Assembly: GCA_009103225.1 (NCBI GenBank) | Contig: RHPI01000772.1 | Coordinates: forward strand, 735,987-799,986 | Origin: Chlorokybus atmophyticus | Lineage: Eukaryota; Plantae; Mesostigma and Chlorokybus algae | Direction of reading: 5' to 3' | Length of the DNA stretch: 64,000 nt | Part shown: piece after piece, positions 1-16,639 of the stretch | Layout of the letters: every line of letters starts with the position of its first letter | How positions within the stretch are numbered: position 1 is the stretch's first letter | Made by a program: the position numbers and the translations under genes | Notes under the pieces: model-generated | Databases searched by the model: none | What the model saw: the letters and a program-made list of their open reading frames with translations, nothing else | Told to the model about the DNA's origin: nothing

Positions 1-3
1 AGA

Positions 4-2525
<2,522 letters not shown>

Positions 2526-5500
2526 GGCAGCCACTGGTTGGCGTTCAGATACATGTCTTTTGGTAGTACGAGCGTGCTTATATGTAATAAAGTGTAGACT
2601 CTTGTAATATATAAGACTCATGTAATATGAAGGCAAGAACAGGATAGATACTGTTGTGATCCATCGACACACCTCTATTCTCATCTTGTACCCCTTTCCT
2701 TGCAACACCATCATCATCACAACGTGCCATTGGGTTTTCTGTACGTGTAAACCCTTCGCATACACAACCATTTAGTATACGCAGCACATGGGGACCTCAC
2801 TGACCTGCACATGCCAAACCGCTAGACTGCAAAGGCACTTGTGCCCAAGCGTACTTATAGCTGCTTGTGCTTGTGATCAAGGAGTTAAGTCTTTCCATTT
2901 GCTCACTGTGACTGTTGATCAATACTTTTCATGCGCAAATACAGTAGCAAAACAAACAAATAAACACAAGACACATGCGCAGGTAACTACTACACTCGCG
3001 ATGTATGCATGCAATATAGAAAGCAGTACGTTGGGTCCCGCAGCAGCAGCACTACCAACACACGAGCAAAAACACAACCAACACATTCACGCCACATTCA
3101 CACACACGTGCACCAGCACACATGCAGAGGCAGAGGCAGAGGCATGCGGGCAAACATCCTGAGGGGGGGGGGGGGGGGGGGGGANCATACACATACATGC
3201 GCACAGAAACAGAAGTGATGGTTACTGCAAGTTCTGTGTGGCTCCGTTAGTGGTTAACGGTTATGGTGACGGTAACGGTAACGGCTGCGGTTGCTGCTTT
3301 CATTATCATACAGTTTGGTTTACTAGCACCATCATGAGTTTTTGCATGTTTTGCGCTGCATCGGAACTAGGCGGGACAATGAAGTGGCGTGACAAAGTGC
3401 GTTTTATGTTACATTTGGCATGACTCGGTTTAGATTGGGATGACTCGGTTCAGATTTTACAAGTCGACTCATAGGGTTGCTATCCGCAGTATGTTATTGA
3501 TTCATTGCGCGATGCCACTCAACACTCTTTTCCCGATCTTGCTCGCTTTGCGGATGAAGGTTGTATTGCAATTCTGCTGGCAAAGGTCACTATTACCAAA
3601 TTTTGCAATGCGTACCTTACAATGTTCAAGGCTCATGGAGCCATTAACGAGCAGCAACGACTATTACTCGTCGTTGAGAGGTTCATTGCTGAAAAAAAGC
3701 TTATGGATTATCAACAATAAACCGTTACTGCCGACAATTCACAAGCTCTTGTTCCAATGCCATTGGCGGAGATAAATAAGCATGTACACACGTTTCGGCT
3801 CGCTTACACGGAGTTGCACGATCGCCATGCTGCATGAGAGATGGAAAACTTATAGTTTACCCGTGTAGCTTGGTTCAAATCATGTTTAATGTTGCTTACA
3901 AATTGCTGTATTAATGTGTTGCCATCGTGTACAGTGCGGTTCCGCGATAATGGTAACACGCTTGTTATCGCATATCGTATAATTGCAACACGTGTTGATC
4001 TACTTGTCCAACAAAATGACTAGTTGACTATGATACACATGCTCGTTAATGACTCATTAACAACTGAGTATTGTGGTTGCAATTTGTGATGAGTTACTTA
4101 ATTTACCTACCGTATTTACTCGAACACAAGCCCCCACTTTAAACATAAGGCCCCCACCCTTTTTTCTTGGGGTGGCCTATATTCTAGCCTATTCTTGCCT
4201 GTACAATGGGGTTTTTTACAAAGGCCCACCCTTGTTTTAACCAAAGGGCTTGTATACAGGGGGGNNNNGGGGGGGGGGGCTTTTGTTTGAGTACATACGG
4301 TAACAATGAGGATACCAAATCAATTGTGCAATGCATGAAGCACCCCATGTCATCAGCTGTTTATTCATACCAACCATGACGCAAGTCCTCATCTTTATTT
4401 TGCACAAGATACTTTTCAAGTGTACATGAACTCGAAATCATCGTTTAGATTAATGTTTCAGTAATCGTACTAGCATATTGGCTGCTTCATTGTATGTGAG
4501 GCATTTGTATTCTTTCTATTGCCCGGCCTTCATGACAAAAACGAGTTGCATCAATTGGGCTAGAGGTATGCATGAATCATCGTTTGCACGCCGGTTTTAC
4601 GGTTCATTATATGTTACAGTGTTTGGAAGACTTCATACTGACTCGTGCCTGGTTAAAACTGTCTTTTACATTTGGCATAGAAAAACTTGGCTGCACATGT
4701 GCACGCCACGTTCAACATGTTCAATAATCGATTCGCTATGAACCATGCCATATTGGTATTATATCTTTTATATTTATATTATATTAAGCATTTGTGTGTC
4801 AGTAAAATACCCAATGGCGGTCCGTTTTGATTGTCATGTTGTCTCTTGAATTCAATCTCTTCCGTAATGCTTTTGCTAATCATATCGTTAACGTCCATGT
4901 GAGTTAAGTCGTCGGTGAAAATTTGGTCGGGCATGCAGGCTACGTTGTCAAGAATACTTATTTGCCTTCATGATAAGCCATTGGCTATGCCTTCATGCTT
5001 CTTAAGCATTGTACATTGTCTTCAGTGTTGAGCTTACTTGTTCGGCTGATGTATTGTTTGGTTTCCAAACAAAAGTTGTTAAGTTAACGAGAAATGGAGG
5101 CGCAACAGAATGGTGTTAGATGGCATTTATTGTGCTGTGTTAAAAGATTCTTGGGGGGTATGGGGGGCCATCCAACCTCGTACCAATGGATTGGGTGATT
5201 GTAGAACGCGCTTTAACACGCGACTGTTGCACTCCTTTCAATCGCGCGCTCCTTTACTGCGTCGTTTGCCGTTTGCCATTGCATTCGGCGGCCAAAGATG
5301 CTTGTAATGTTGTGGATGCCTTTTTCGCCACTTTTAGCAACTGCGCTAACAGCATCGCCGCCTCGTCATTTATCTCGCATTTCATCGACTGCGGCGTAAC
5401 GGTTGGGCCACTGTTTGCTTGTAGTACGGATTCAATCGATTGGTTTCAAAGGAAATGCAATGGTTCCACATGAGAATAAGAAAATCATTATGTTGCATTG

Positions 5501-5799
5501 ATGATGTAATGCCATCACTCTTGATGTGGCAATTGTGATTTTTACCTTTAACCGTCTCTGCAATTTTCCATGCCACCATTGATGTTTAGACAGTATGGAT
5601 GTGTGCGCATCGCAGGCGCCGTCGGATGGAAGTTAACCTAAGGTCTCGTATTAGATTGTTGTGCTATTGCGCCATTGCGGTATTGCGCCCATATGTCACC
5701 ATATGGTACACATGGCAGCATATGGTGACATATGGTTGTATACGATATTATACCGATGCATGTTACGTCAAGTCCAAATGAGTATATTTTTTATGAAGG

Positions 5800-6080
5800 C
5801 CATGATCTAGGATGGTGACGGCGAGATTGGCGGTGGCGTGAATGTATTGAGGACTATGTGTCGGGAATGTGGCAGTTACATTACTGGGAGTTGAGGTCGA
5901 GGTTGCTCTATTATTACGTCAGTTTGGAGACGCTTTGTGAACACTGGTTGGACGGTGACGGAGAGGTTTGCGGTGGTGCAGATGTAATACGAACTCTTAA
6001 TATCCGGCAAGTGGCAGCTAATCATGTTGCTCTCTGTCACGTCAGGTTGGAGACGCTTTGTGAACACTGGCTGCAGTGTA
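5800..6080. repeat. Degenerate ~120-bp tandem repeat
   Basis: ttggagacgctttgtgaacactgg occurs twice (~5925, ~6047) and gga(t/c)ggtgacgg..ag.tt.gcggtgg twice (~5810, ~5950). Confidence 0.6.
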
Positions 6081-6759
6081 CCTAATGGCTTTTTATGTGG
6101 CAAAGTGTACAATGGGATTTTGTTTCAAAAATGCCGTGCTGCTCTATGTGTGGCTTTGTTCAATTTTATGCTCTCAATGTTTCCCCGATGCGATGTACGT
6201 CCTCGTCCGAATCAGCTTACAAAATCGCCAATATTTTATGGCTGAACACACGCAACGTCAGCAGAAGTAAATTATCTGTGACCGGTGTCGTCAAGGTTCT
6301 TCCCGCTCAGCTGACTTTGCGTTCCATAGTGGTGTATACATTTGCCAGGTGTTACAGTCACATCCTATAGACGTGCAGTTGTTGTTATTGTTGAACACGA
6401 CCACTGTTTTACGCAACTTGTACAACCCATGTGGTTTTCCATCTGGTTTGGTTCAACAGTTGATTATAGTGAATAGTCCATTCATTCATTGAGATCAGCT
6501 AGGAAGTTCTTCACTTAATTGTGTCAAGAAGGTATTGGTTGAGCTCGTCGTATCCAACCCGTTGGTTCAAAAATACAGCGCTCTATATGAGCAACCATTT
6601 GGTTCGTGGCATTCCCATTGTGAGTTCCGCTATAATACAAAACATTGTGTCACGTCACCAAGAACGCAACCCACTCAATGTTGTCGACAGTAACGCACAT
6701 CACTACGTGGTGACTACGTTGTTATCAATTCCCGTTCGCAGCAACTCAAATCCATGTTG

Positions 6760-9700
6760 ACGTTTTGATGCGCGCTGGCCATATGCAGTTACGTGATCCG
6801 CCCATTCAACTTGAATTGCAAGTACAGTTCAACGGCCAGTACAATGTCGCTAATGTCACCATTGAAACAGCATTGTTTCCCATGCTATTTTCAGTTGGCC
6901 ATGGTTTTTATGATGGCAATGTGTATCAAAGATTGTTGGACAATCTCATGGTTCGCTGCTCGCAAAGCTTTTCGCTATTTACGTTGTACAAGCCTTACTT
7001 GCTACTGATGTATCATGTTCGACAGTTTATTACCATGGTCAATAAGTGTCGCAAAGTTGCAAGCGAAGAACATATCCATAAATATCTACAAAAACACCAT
7101 GATGCGACCATCAATGACGCTATTCAACGTGTTGTTAACATTGAGTGCCAGGTGATGTGACTGGATCTCCCAATTGGCATCGACAACAGCTTAATGATCT
7201 TCCGTGTTTGGTACAATACTAGGGCATGCCTACTCTTTTTATTACCCTGACTGCTGATGAAGTCCAGCACTAAGTTTTTACAATTAGCAAACTTACAGCG
7301 CGTGTTGCAAAAAATATCAACATCGTTGTCGTGACAAGATGCTCCAATTGAATGCGCTTATTCATTTTATCATGTATCTAAATTCTTTAAAGAGTACATT
7401 GAACAATGCGATATCTTGGGCCGTGTCATGCATCACGTGATCAGGTACGAAACACAACATTGTGGATCGTTGCATGCACATATTATGCCATGGCTGCACC
7501 CTAATGACATTGAAAGCGTGTGCAATGAGATACTAGCGTTCATTCCAGGCAATTTTGATGCAAAACAACAACAATCAATTGTGCCATGTGATGGTAAGTT
7601 GGAGATTTTGCATGAGTATGTGGTTCAAAGCAAATGCAGCGATATTGGAATAGGCTGTCGCGCATACAACAAACAATGTGACATGGAATTTCCATATTCA
7701 GTTCCATATTCAGTTAAAATGAACACAAGCCCCAGTTCAACAACCATATGCACAGGTATGAATATTATCGGCCACGATACTGCGATCGCGATGTAGTTCC
7801 ATATCATCAAGTGCTATTGCTGTTATGGGGTGAACATGTAAATGTGTTGTGTGTGACAGTCATGGGAGCAAGTACCTTTTCAAGTACCAAGTATCAAAAA
7901 GATGGAGCCTATTAAAACTCTGAACGACGCCATTAATGCCAATGTCTTAGGGCTTTAAGGTTTTACACTCAACGCGCTATGTGTCATTGTATTTGTTTAA
8001 ACAAATTGCTCCTGCGGAGGCAGCATTAATCTATTAGAAATTCCGATTTTTCAGATGTCGGGTACTGTCACATATGATACACGTTCTACAACAACACGAG
8101 CGTACATTGCAACATGCTAAATAGATTCTGGTGTACCCAGTTGACATATACTATGCTAAGCCAAAAGAATTGAAGCAAATTACTTTGTACAAGCAATTTT
8201 GCCGTTTTGTGCAACATGAAAAACACAAACCTGCTCCCAGAGGTAATGTACGTGCTTTGCTTGATTGATTTGGTGGCAACTTTACGAACTCAGCACGCCG
8301 CGCATTATATGATTTTCAGACTATCATCCCACATACCATATTGAGGAATATTACTTTAACCTGCTATTACAAAGTGTTGTTTTCCGCAACGAAGCTGAGT
8401 TATTACCCCCCAGCAATACCGCAGGCAAGTATCTCTTAGAGTGTGTGCAGCGTGGTTTAATTACCGACACCACACGCACATTGCATACTCACATTATGGA
8501 ATATGCCCAGCAACACCTATATAATGATGTCAACATCCAGCAATTGATTACTTCCATGGCCAGGGAGGTTGATGCTGGAGAACATCAAGAATGTTCAGCA
8601 ACAGCAACAGATGAGTACATTACTGGTGCGTGTGACATCCAAGAATTTGCCAATATATCCATGTGTACAAGATAAAAAAACAACAAACAATATCCAACAG
8701 AATTTGTGCACAAATAATGGGCTTGCATGTGATATTGGGGTGTCCAGGAGCTGGCAAAACATATCTGATCAAACACATTACACATCAATTGCGCACAGCA
8801 GGTTTACTAGTTTTGTTGAGCGCAACAACCGGAGCAGCTGCTGCACGACTGAGTCCATATGCGCAAACTGCACATACCAATTCTACTATTCCAGTCGATG
8901 GTCAAATTGTATCATATTTTAGTGCTACGCACGACATATACAAACGACTGGCAGCGTGTCATGTTTTTGTAATTGAATTTTCCATGATAGCAGGGCGATT
9001 TTGTAACTTGATGTGCCTACGTATACGGCAAGTTCATATATGAGGTTTTTGGAACCACGTGGCTGTGGTATTGGTGGGAGATCACAAACAACTTCCTGCA
9101 GTTTGCTATCATTAAACAGAAGACAATACCCAAGTTTGTACCAGGTGCCACATTTTCGAATGTCGCATTTGGTCAATTCGTGTGCAATATGAACTTGCAG
9201 TATCAGTGCGCCATGTTTCAGACCTTGAGTTTGCCAAATTTTTGAGTAATACCCCATCCACTGTCCCCACATCATCAGCTATCTATTCAATTTTAGTCTG
9301 ATGGTTGGTTTCCGATCAGTTGCTGAGGCAAATTCTCGACAACACAATAGTGTTGTGTTCCCATGTAGAGGACGTTTTGCAGTTTCATAACATGGTGTTG
9401 CATCAGCAGTTCTCACAATCCCAAATCCATCAGGTGCAAATTCATACTAATGCTGCTCTAGTGCCAGAACTACAGGACTGGTTGCAAAAACCCAAGTTCA
9501 ACTTGTTGCCGCGTGTTGCGGTTGGAGCAAAGGTGTTGATTCTGAAAATTATGAGTTTGAACGATGGGGCTGCCAATGGTGCTGTAGCAACAGTTCAGAA
9601 ACTTTGCATTTACAACGGCAATCTGATCAGTATGTGTGTGAAAGTCGCCTCAACACACGACACACACGCACGACACATAAGCTCATATGGGTACGACGCA

Positions 9701-9900
9701 CAACCCACAAACACACCACTTGTCAAGGCAAAACCTATCTCACAAATACATTTCCATTGCAGTTAGCCTATGCAATGACTGTTCACAAGGCCTAAGGGAC
9801 CACATTAGGACACAATACTCCGGTTCACATGCAGAGTGCATTTAGACCTGAATTGTGGTATGTGGCGCTCTCACTTGTGACCAATCGATCACTGTTAAGC
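6760..9900 (+). pseudogene. Helitron Rep-helicase (HUH Rep + PIF1-like SF1B helicase), decayed
   Basis: LFPMLFSVGHG; Rep HUH motif RYETQHCGSLHAHIMPWL (7440-7500, cf. EFQxRGxPHxH); Walker A GCPGAGKT; ATTGAAA; VIEFSMI; VGDHKQLP; VGAKVLIL...GAANG; FPLQLAYAMTVHKA; LWYVALS. Many stops and frameshifts. Termini not resolved. Confidence 0.85.
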
Positions 9901-9974
9901 CTGACACGACTGTCAGAGCCTCAGGAAATGACACCGGTTCCGTGGGATTATCTGCAAGGTGAGTTCATGCAGTC

Positions 9975-10350
9975 ACACGATACTGTGGCGCAGTTCGTTC
10001 GAACATGGCAGCACATGGTAGCATATATGGACATATGTTGCCATATGCAGATCATCTGCATATGATATATGTTACCATATGTTAACGTATGGTGGAGGAT
10101 CAATGTACACATGATCGCCAATGTACGTCCATGTAGTCACTTTCCATGATAAGTATTTTCAAATTGTTGCATCGCACGCAGTCACGTACTGTGGCGAAGT
10201 TTGTTCGAACATGGCAATATATATGGTAGCATATATAAGCATTTGTTGCCATCTGCAGATATGTATTACCATATGGTAACATATGGTGGAGGATCGTCGT
10301 ACACATAATCGCGCTCGCCAGTGTACTTACATGTAGTTTTTCCATGGTAA
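9975..10350. repeat. ~200-bp tandem duplication downstream of the helicase
   Basis: cagtcac..tactgtggcg.agtt.gttcgaacatggca...ccatatg...tatggtggaggatc repeated at ~9970-10150 and ~10180-10350. Confidence 0.7.
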
Positions 10351-10733
10351 GTATCATAAAATCGTTGCATCACATGTGTAATCGTTGGATTGAGTAGCCA
10401 TTTGACAAGCTGCATGCAATAGGGTGCATGCTTACTGATTGGTGATTAGTGCAATGTGACCATTGCATATTATTACAGGGCTTCAAAATACAAAGCTGAA
10501 ACCAGCGACGGCACTAGTGTCTTTGGTGTCATCCTGCTCTTATTCACTGGCGCTCGTGAGAGCGTCAACCTCGTCTACTTCCACTTAGTCTGTCACATCC
10601 AGGTACGTAGCTGAGTGTGCAGATATTGGCAGCGGAATGATGTCGACTGTGTGCCTACCCAGCCACCAGCAACCATTCACTTACATTGGTTATGCTGTGC
10701 AGCATGGATTCCGATGCTTAGGAACTTAACAAG

Positions 10734-11880
10734 TTGAACTCGCATCTGTTTAATGATGAACTTGGAATTAAACGCCAACGCACCAGCAGCGGCAGCAGAG
10801 GAGGTTTTGGACGAGCATTGTCTGCAAAGCAAATGTGGTCATGCAACAACGCTGGTGTCACTCCCGACAAATTAGAAGGACTGCTCACTAAGACCGAAGA
10901 AGATAAGTTGATCCGCGCTGCTAAAGAACGGGCTTCAAAATTCCGCGTCAAAAATAGGATGCCATTGCCCCAGGTACATAATATATGCAACTCTTGCATA
11001 CATTAACGCTGTTCTGTTAGGAGCTTGTATCTTCTACATCCGCAAGATGGGCATCAACGTTAAAGATGAGTCAAAGCGCCAGGTCGCATACAAGTTATGA
11101 GACGCCTAGCTTTGCCAAAACAACCCGGATCTTCCTGACAGTGCAGATCCGCTTCTGGCTAATTAAGTATGAATGCACTTCTTGCTAGTGTTAGATTATT
11201 ACATTGTGTGTAATATTGCAAAGGTATGTGTAACACAGAAATGCATCACACAGGTCTTTGAACTGGTACACATTCGCAAAGTGTGCATCTAGGATGCAGC
11301 TCACCTCATGTCTGCGGGTAAAGCTGAGAAGATCCTCAACCAGATCAACAAAGCTGATTTATGTAGAGATGTTGGCTGCTAATGTTCCCAATCATTAGAT
11401 AGACGTACAGTTGATTCCATGTGTAACACATTCACATAAATATTATTCATGTAGTCGTGTTAATGACAACATAACAACTGCATGCTGCAGGTGGCTGAGA
11501 ATGTGTAGTCCGCTTCATTCAGCAGCACGCAATGCAACCCCAAACAATCTGCGGGCAGCAGCACGCTGTGCAAAAAACCGTCAGTAGATGAGCTGGATGG
11601 TGCGCGTTGCATCTACAAACTCACGTACCTGAAAAGTGGAAAAGTCTACATTGGTTAAAGCAGCACCCCCTACGTCGTTTTATGGAGCACAAGCGATCTC
11701 CTCCCAAGAAATTACATAAATAAAACACTTGGTTTATCAAAAGGATTTCAAGAAACAAGCAGTGATGCATGTTTTTGATGTAGCATAGAGCAAACAACTT
11801 TCAGATCGGTTGGAAGCAAAGTACATTGCACAGTGTGACTAATGTGGCAAAATGGGTTATGGTATTGATCATGGCAGTCT
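10734..11880 (+). pseudogene. Multi-exon remnant ending in a GIY-YIG endonuclease domain (domain ~11608-11880)
   Basis: CIYKLTYLKSGKVYIG*SSTP/RRFMEHKR at 11608-11700, then DRLEAKYIAQ...GYG. This is the xIY-YIG, R..H and catalytic-E spacing, with a stop and a frameshift. The upstream basic ORF 10734-11006 may be an earlier exon. Confidence 0.65.
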
Positions 11881-13665
11881 GAGTAGATTCAGGGCATTTT
11901 GGGCACGACAACGCATTGGTAATAGCTGGTAGTAGCTTTGGGAAATACAAAAGGAAGCGTTCTTGAGTATCCAATTCACATTAGTCCTTACGCATTAACA
12001 TGTCATTGCGTTCTGCTCTGCATGTAAATCTGCGTTACGATTGTTGCATTGGCAGAGAGTGAGTCTCGCACACAGCACCAACACACACCAGCATACTATG
12101 CATCTATTGCTGGGTTGGCACATTAGTTAATCTTCCCACACAATATGTGCGGCATACAAGTGGATGCGTGTTTCTAGTAACAACATAGCCATACAGATAT
12201 CAACAGATCACGGGAAGTATTCAGTTGACACCAATTTTGACACATGCAACTCAAGAGCAAAACAGGTACCATGCAATACAGGGCTACTCAGCCCGGGTGG
12301 CTGCGAAGGCCAAGCACCATCAGCACCGGAATTGTGTTTATTAACATCCTCATCATCATCGTCACTGTTGCTCAATTCAAATACGGGGAGATCGGGAGTC
12401 ATTGCACCATGTGGTGGGCGATATATAAAAATAAGTTAAAAGCAGCGGCAAAAAGAACACTCCATTAGAGGATGAGGTCGTGTGCGCAGCTTCTTCAAGC
12501 ATTAACGACACAATGTGGCTCCGCAACATGGCATTGGCAGCAACGCTTTCACTAGTTTCTGTTCGCAGCGGATTCCATGTGTTATCTTCATTGTCTACAC
12601 GCGCTTGCCCTTGTAGTCCTGGCGAACATGCTGCTGCATTTCTTCGGTTGGTGTTGCTTCACGCAGCAACGGAGCAACTGTGCAGAGGTAGGTGCAAACC
12701 TTCTCCCCAAGTATTTGGTAAAGTTTCAGTTGCTCCTGCTTGTTATCATCTTTGCGGTTGAGGAGCAATACCTGGTACACCAACCAGTAAACACCAAAGG
12801 GTTACAATTGATGGCGCACGCAGGCAATAATTGTAATTGTTGTGCGTTAAGGTCGATCTTTTTCAACATGTCTTTTGCCAAGCTGTCCAACTCTTTTTGG
12901 GTGACTTCCATTTGATGCTGGAAGCTATTAAACTGCATGCCATTGGGTTCAACGCGCTAACGGAATCGCCACTTAACCGTGTGAAGACGCAGAACGCTTG
13001 TCAACTCTAAAATCTGCAGCAGCATGTCAATTGCTGAAAAGTTGTTGGAGGTTTGAATAGTGCACGAGCAGACACCTTCGTATTTCGTGCGGCAATCGTC
13101 TGGTTGGCTTGGTCATTCTGGCCTTGCAAACGCGCCAGTTTTGCATTGTTGCCCTCATTTTGTTGCTGCAACCCGATGGCCCTGCGTTGCGCTTCTGCCA
13201 GCTGCTGGCGTAAGCGCAAGATGCTTGCTGCGTCTGCATTTGTGACGTTTTATGTCATTTTGGCGTGCTCAGCATGCTCATCGGGTAATGCGCATTTTAG
13301 GTCAATAAAGCGTTGTTCTGCAGCAGCATGGCGTGCACGCAGACCATTGAGTTCACTTATCATTTTTAACAGCTTTGCAACAATTTGGGGATCAGGCTGT
13401 TTATGACTTTGGCGTAGCTGCTTTGCTTGCTTCAAGTTGCGCTCACGAAGGGCTGTATTCTCGTCAACTAGATTAAGATCTGCAAACCATGCCATCATTG
13501 TCGTGTGTTAAAACAATGGCACAATTTGCCTTACTTTCATTTTGTAGTTGAGCGCTGCTTTGCACTTTACAAAGCAGGTTGGCACTGAAAGTGTCGATGG
13601 CAGCATGCATGACCTCAGGTGTAAGTTGGTAAGTTGGCATACGCGGCATTGCTTCCCCTGCGTTC

Positions 13666-14324
13666 TGTCATGCCATCTACCCTCGCATGCCAGTCCTTCT
13701 CGAGCATGCCTACACCCAGCCCCACGCCCGGGCTACCAGCATGAAGACCGCGCGAGCCCCAGCCTACTGCTAGCTACTGTACCTCCCATGTAGCATATAG
13801 CTAGGGCTACTTTATAGACCTGTCTGTAGGGACCGCGCGTAGCTGATCAGTTGTAAGTCTGTTAATAACACATGTGCTATACCGAGTCTTAGGGGATTTC
13901 CAAAATAGCATAAGGCCTCGATGTGACCGTTGGCCTAGTGCCCGTGTGGCAATGCACAGTCCTAGTTTGACATGTATAAATAGGAAGTCACGTCACCAGA
14001 CTGGCTGGTGACACTGTAAGTGAGTACTGTGAGTACTAGGAGTACTAAGAAGTAAAGACTCTGTTTCTAAAGAGCTTGTAAAGCGACTTGAACTGGAAGC
14101 ACGCTGTCCTGGTTGCCAAGAATTCCCTTATTGCGTGAGACACGGTGCCTGCTCTTCTGCGCTGTGCCTGTCATTGCTGTGAGCTTGGCGGTGGTGTGTT
14201 GTCTCATCAGTCAGGGTGTTGTATCCACGTGTTGCACACTCATAAACCTCACTTAACAGTGCATTATTCTATCCACTCATGCAAAGAACTGTGTCCACAG
14301 CACTACCTATCGTAGTGGCTTGTT
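13666..14324 (+). repeat. LTR segment B1 (659 bp)
   Basis: Direct repeat of 23533-24191, about 20 differences by eye, many of them transitions. Confidence 0.95.
13975..13982 (+). promoter_or_regulatory. TATA box of the LTR promoter
   Basis: TATAAATA in segment B (also in B2), ~30 nt upstream of the self-priming sequence. Confidence 0.65.
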
Positions 14325-14340
14325 CACTTACAGTGTCACC
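14324..14340 (+). promoter_or_regulatory. Self-priming primer-binding site (complementary to 14007-14023)
   Basis: TCACTTACAGTGTCACC is the perfect 17-nt reverse complement of GGTGACACTGTAAGTGA at 14007-14023. No TGG-type tRNA PBS here. Confidence 0.75.
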
Positions 14341-14529
14341 CTCTTTGCACAAGTGAGTGTGTTGCAATCTGCATCAGATAGTGCAGTCTGCACCCAGGGA
14401 TACATCGCTGGGCATTCGTTATCATTGTCATCACATAGTGCGCACAAGCACTAGTGTGTTGGGTGGTAACAGCATCAGGATAGACGGTAGAGCACAAGCA
14501 CTCTACCCTTTCACCTCTGGACCAGCTGT

Positions 14530-16639
14530 ATGAGCAGGCCCACCCCGTTCTCCCCAATAGACGAGGGTGACCTCAGCAGTTGGAGCCCAACCACCAACCT
14601 CACCTACGAGCGGACCAGTGACGGGAGCATCGACCGCAGCAGCAGAGGCTCGCGCTCCATCTCCAGCTTCACCCCGCTCCACTCTACTCCTCGTCATCAA
14701 GCTTCTCCACTATCATCGGACAGCGACGACAACGAGATGGAGTCCTCCAGTTCAACCACATCCCTGCGCTTCTCCGGACGTGCCGGCACCACCTCGCTGG
14801 ATGAGTTCATCATCAAGTTCCACTCCAAGATGCGGCAGCAAGCGCTGAAGAACAAAGACTGGTCAGATGAGATCTCTTTCCACATTGCTGCTCAGTATCT
14901 TGATCATGAAGCACACGATGTCTGGAAGTCCGTTGCTGAACTGCATCGAGTAGACGGCTATGGCGAGCTTGCCAGCACCATAGCATCTGCATCTCTGCAC
15001 CGTCCAGCAGGTGTCGTTCCACCTGCCACTTCAGTTGCAGTAACAGGCTTGTCCATAGCTGCAGCTCTCAAGCAGGCAGAGGAGGAGGAACCAGAGTTGG
15101 TACTTGTCAACTTGACCCCTGTAGAAGTTGAGTCCAAGTCCAAGTTGGATGCTGCTCTGAGCGAGTCGACACGCCTGACTCTGAACTACAGCAGGCCCCC
15201 TTGGCTACACCCTTAAAGAAGCCTTCGAGACTGCACAAGCCATCCACAAGCGCTTGGTGTATGAGAAGGCAGTGCTGGACACCAACCGCAGCGCCGCACG
15301 GCCTGTAGTCAGCACGACAACTGAGCCTCCTCGCCGCGACCGTGGCCGGGACGCTCCACCAGCACGCGACAAAGGGAAACGGTCAGCTCATGCTGCACTT
15401 GCTGCCCCTGTGCTGTGTCATCGCTGTGGACGGCATGGGCACTACCAAAAGGAGTGCACCGAAGAATACTCAACATTGGTTTGCGACCACTGTCACAAGA
15501 CTGGTCATTTGGAGTCAGTCAGCTGGCTCAAGTTCCAAGAGTTGAGGCCCGCCAACAGCTACAACCACAACTACTCTGGTGGCTACAACAGCAACAACAC
15601 TGGAGGCCACACTGGCAACAACTTCAGTGGCTACAACAGCAACAACACTGGAGGCCACACTGGCAACCACTTCAGTGGCTACAATAGCAACAACACTGGA
15701 GCCCACAACAGCAACAACGCTGGTGGCAGTAACAACAACAACAACGCCAGTGTTCGCAAGGAAGAGCAAGGCTACAGGGGGAAGAACAGACCTCCTCAGC
15801 GTAAGGGACCAGAGACACGTCCGCGCGCTGCTGCTGTTGCCGCCAAGGCTTCAGCCAACCCACCAGCTGATGACCATATGGCAGCCCTCATGGCGCATAT
15901 GGCACGCTTAGAGGAAGACAAGGAGCAAGACTACCGCGCCTGCTACGCTGCCCGATGGGCGCTGATGGCTGCAAAACGCGAGAGAGACAGGAACACTCCG
16001 TCCCGCGTGCAACCATCACGACGAGCACGAGGGGAAGCTGCAACAACATTAGCAGGCACCTCCTCCGAAGCCACCAGTGGTGCTGCCTCCGCAGCAACAG
16101 CCACACCGGCTACAACGTCGACTCCACCAACGTCAGCAGCACCCACTTCAGTTGTACCACAACCTGGTACACCGATGGACACCGTGACACCGACACTGGT
16201 GAGCACAATGGCAATAGCCGCCATCTCTACCGAATCTGCACCAGTGAGCGGTGTACTTCCCACTGCAGCAGTGCCTCTGTCCGTAGGCGTTGAGACCACT
16301 CTTGCACCACTCACCGGTACCGTCGCAACTGCCGCAATTGCCATCATCGAGCCCGCTGTCTCTGCAGCGATGCGCGCAGCCACTCTGCCCGCTCTCGATG
16401 TCACTCAGGCTGTCCCAACTGGTCAGCAAGCTGAGCGGGCATGGGAGACCATCCTGCGCGGAGCAGACCCCACAACCATCGCTTTCGGTCGGGGGGGGAG
16501 CGCACCACGCGTGTCGCCCGCGATGATCGCGTCTTCCCATTACCAGAGGTTCACACCCTTTCAGCACTCACTCAACACCAATTGGAAGATGAGATCCTTG
16601 CTGGCACTGCACCTCCGATGCGTGACAGGGTGTTTTTGA
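14530..16639 (+). pseudogene. Gag-like region with two CCHC zinc knuckles and N/G-rich repeats
   Basis: ORFs 14530-15216 and 15254-16639. CHRCGRHGHYQKEC and CDHCHKTGHLESVS; (GYNSNNTGGHTGNxFS) repeats at ~15585-15715. The N-terminus is homologous to the gag at 27360-28050. Confidence 0.75.

Noticed and set aside
3200-12200. Exact Helitron termini
   Set aside because: No convincing 5' TC or 3' hairpin-CTRR pair found by eye, so boundaries are left unassigned
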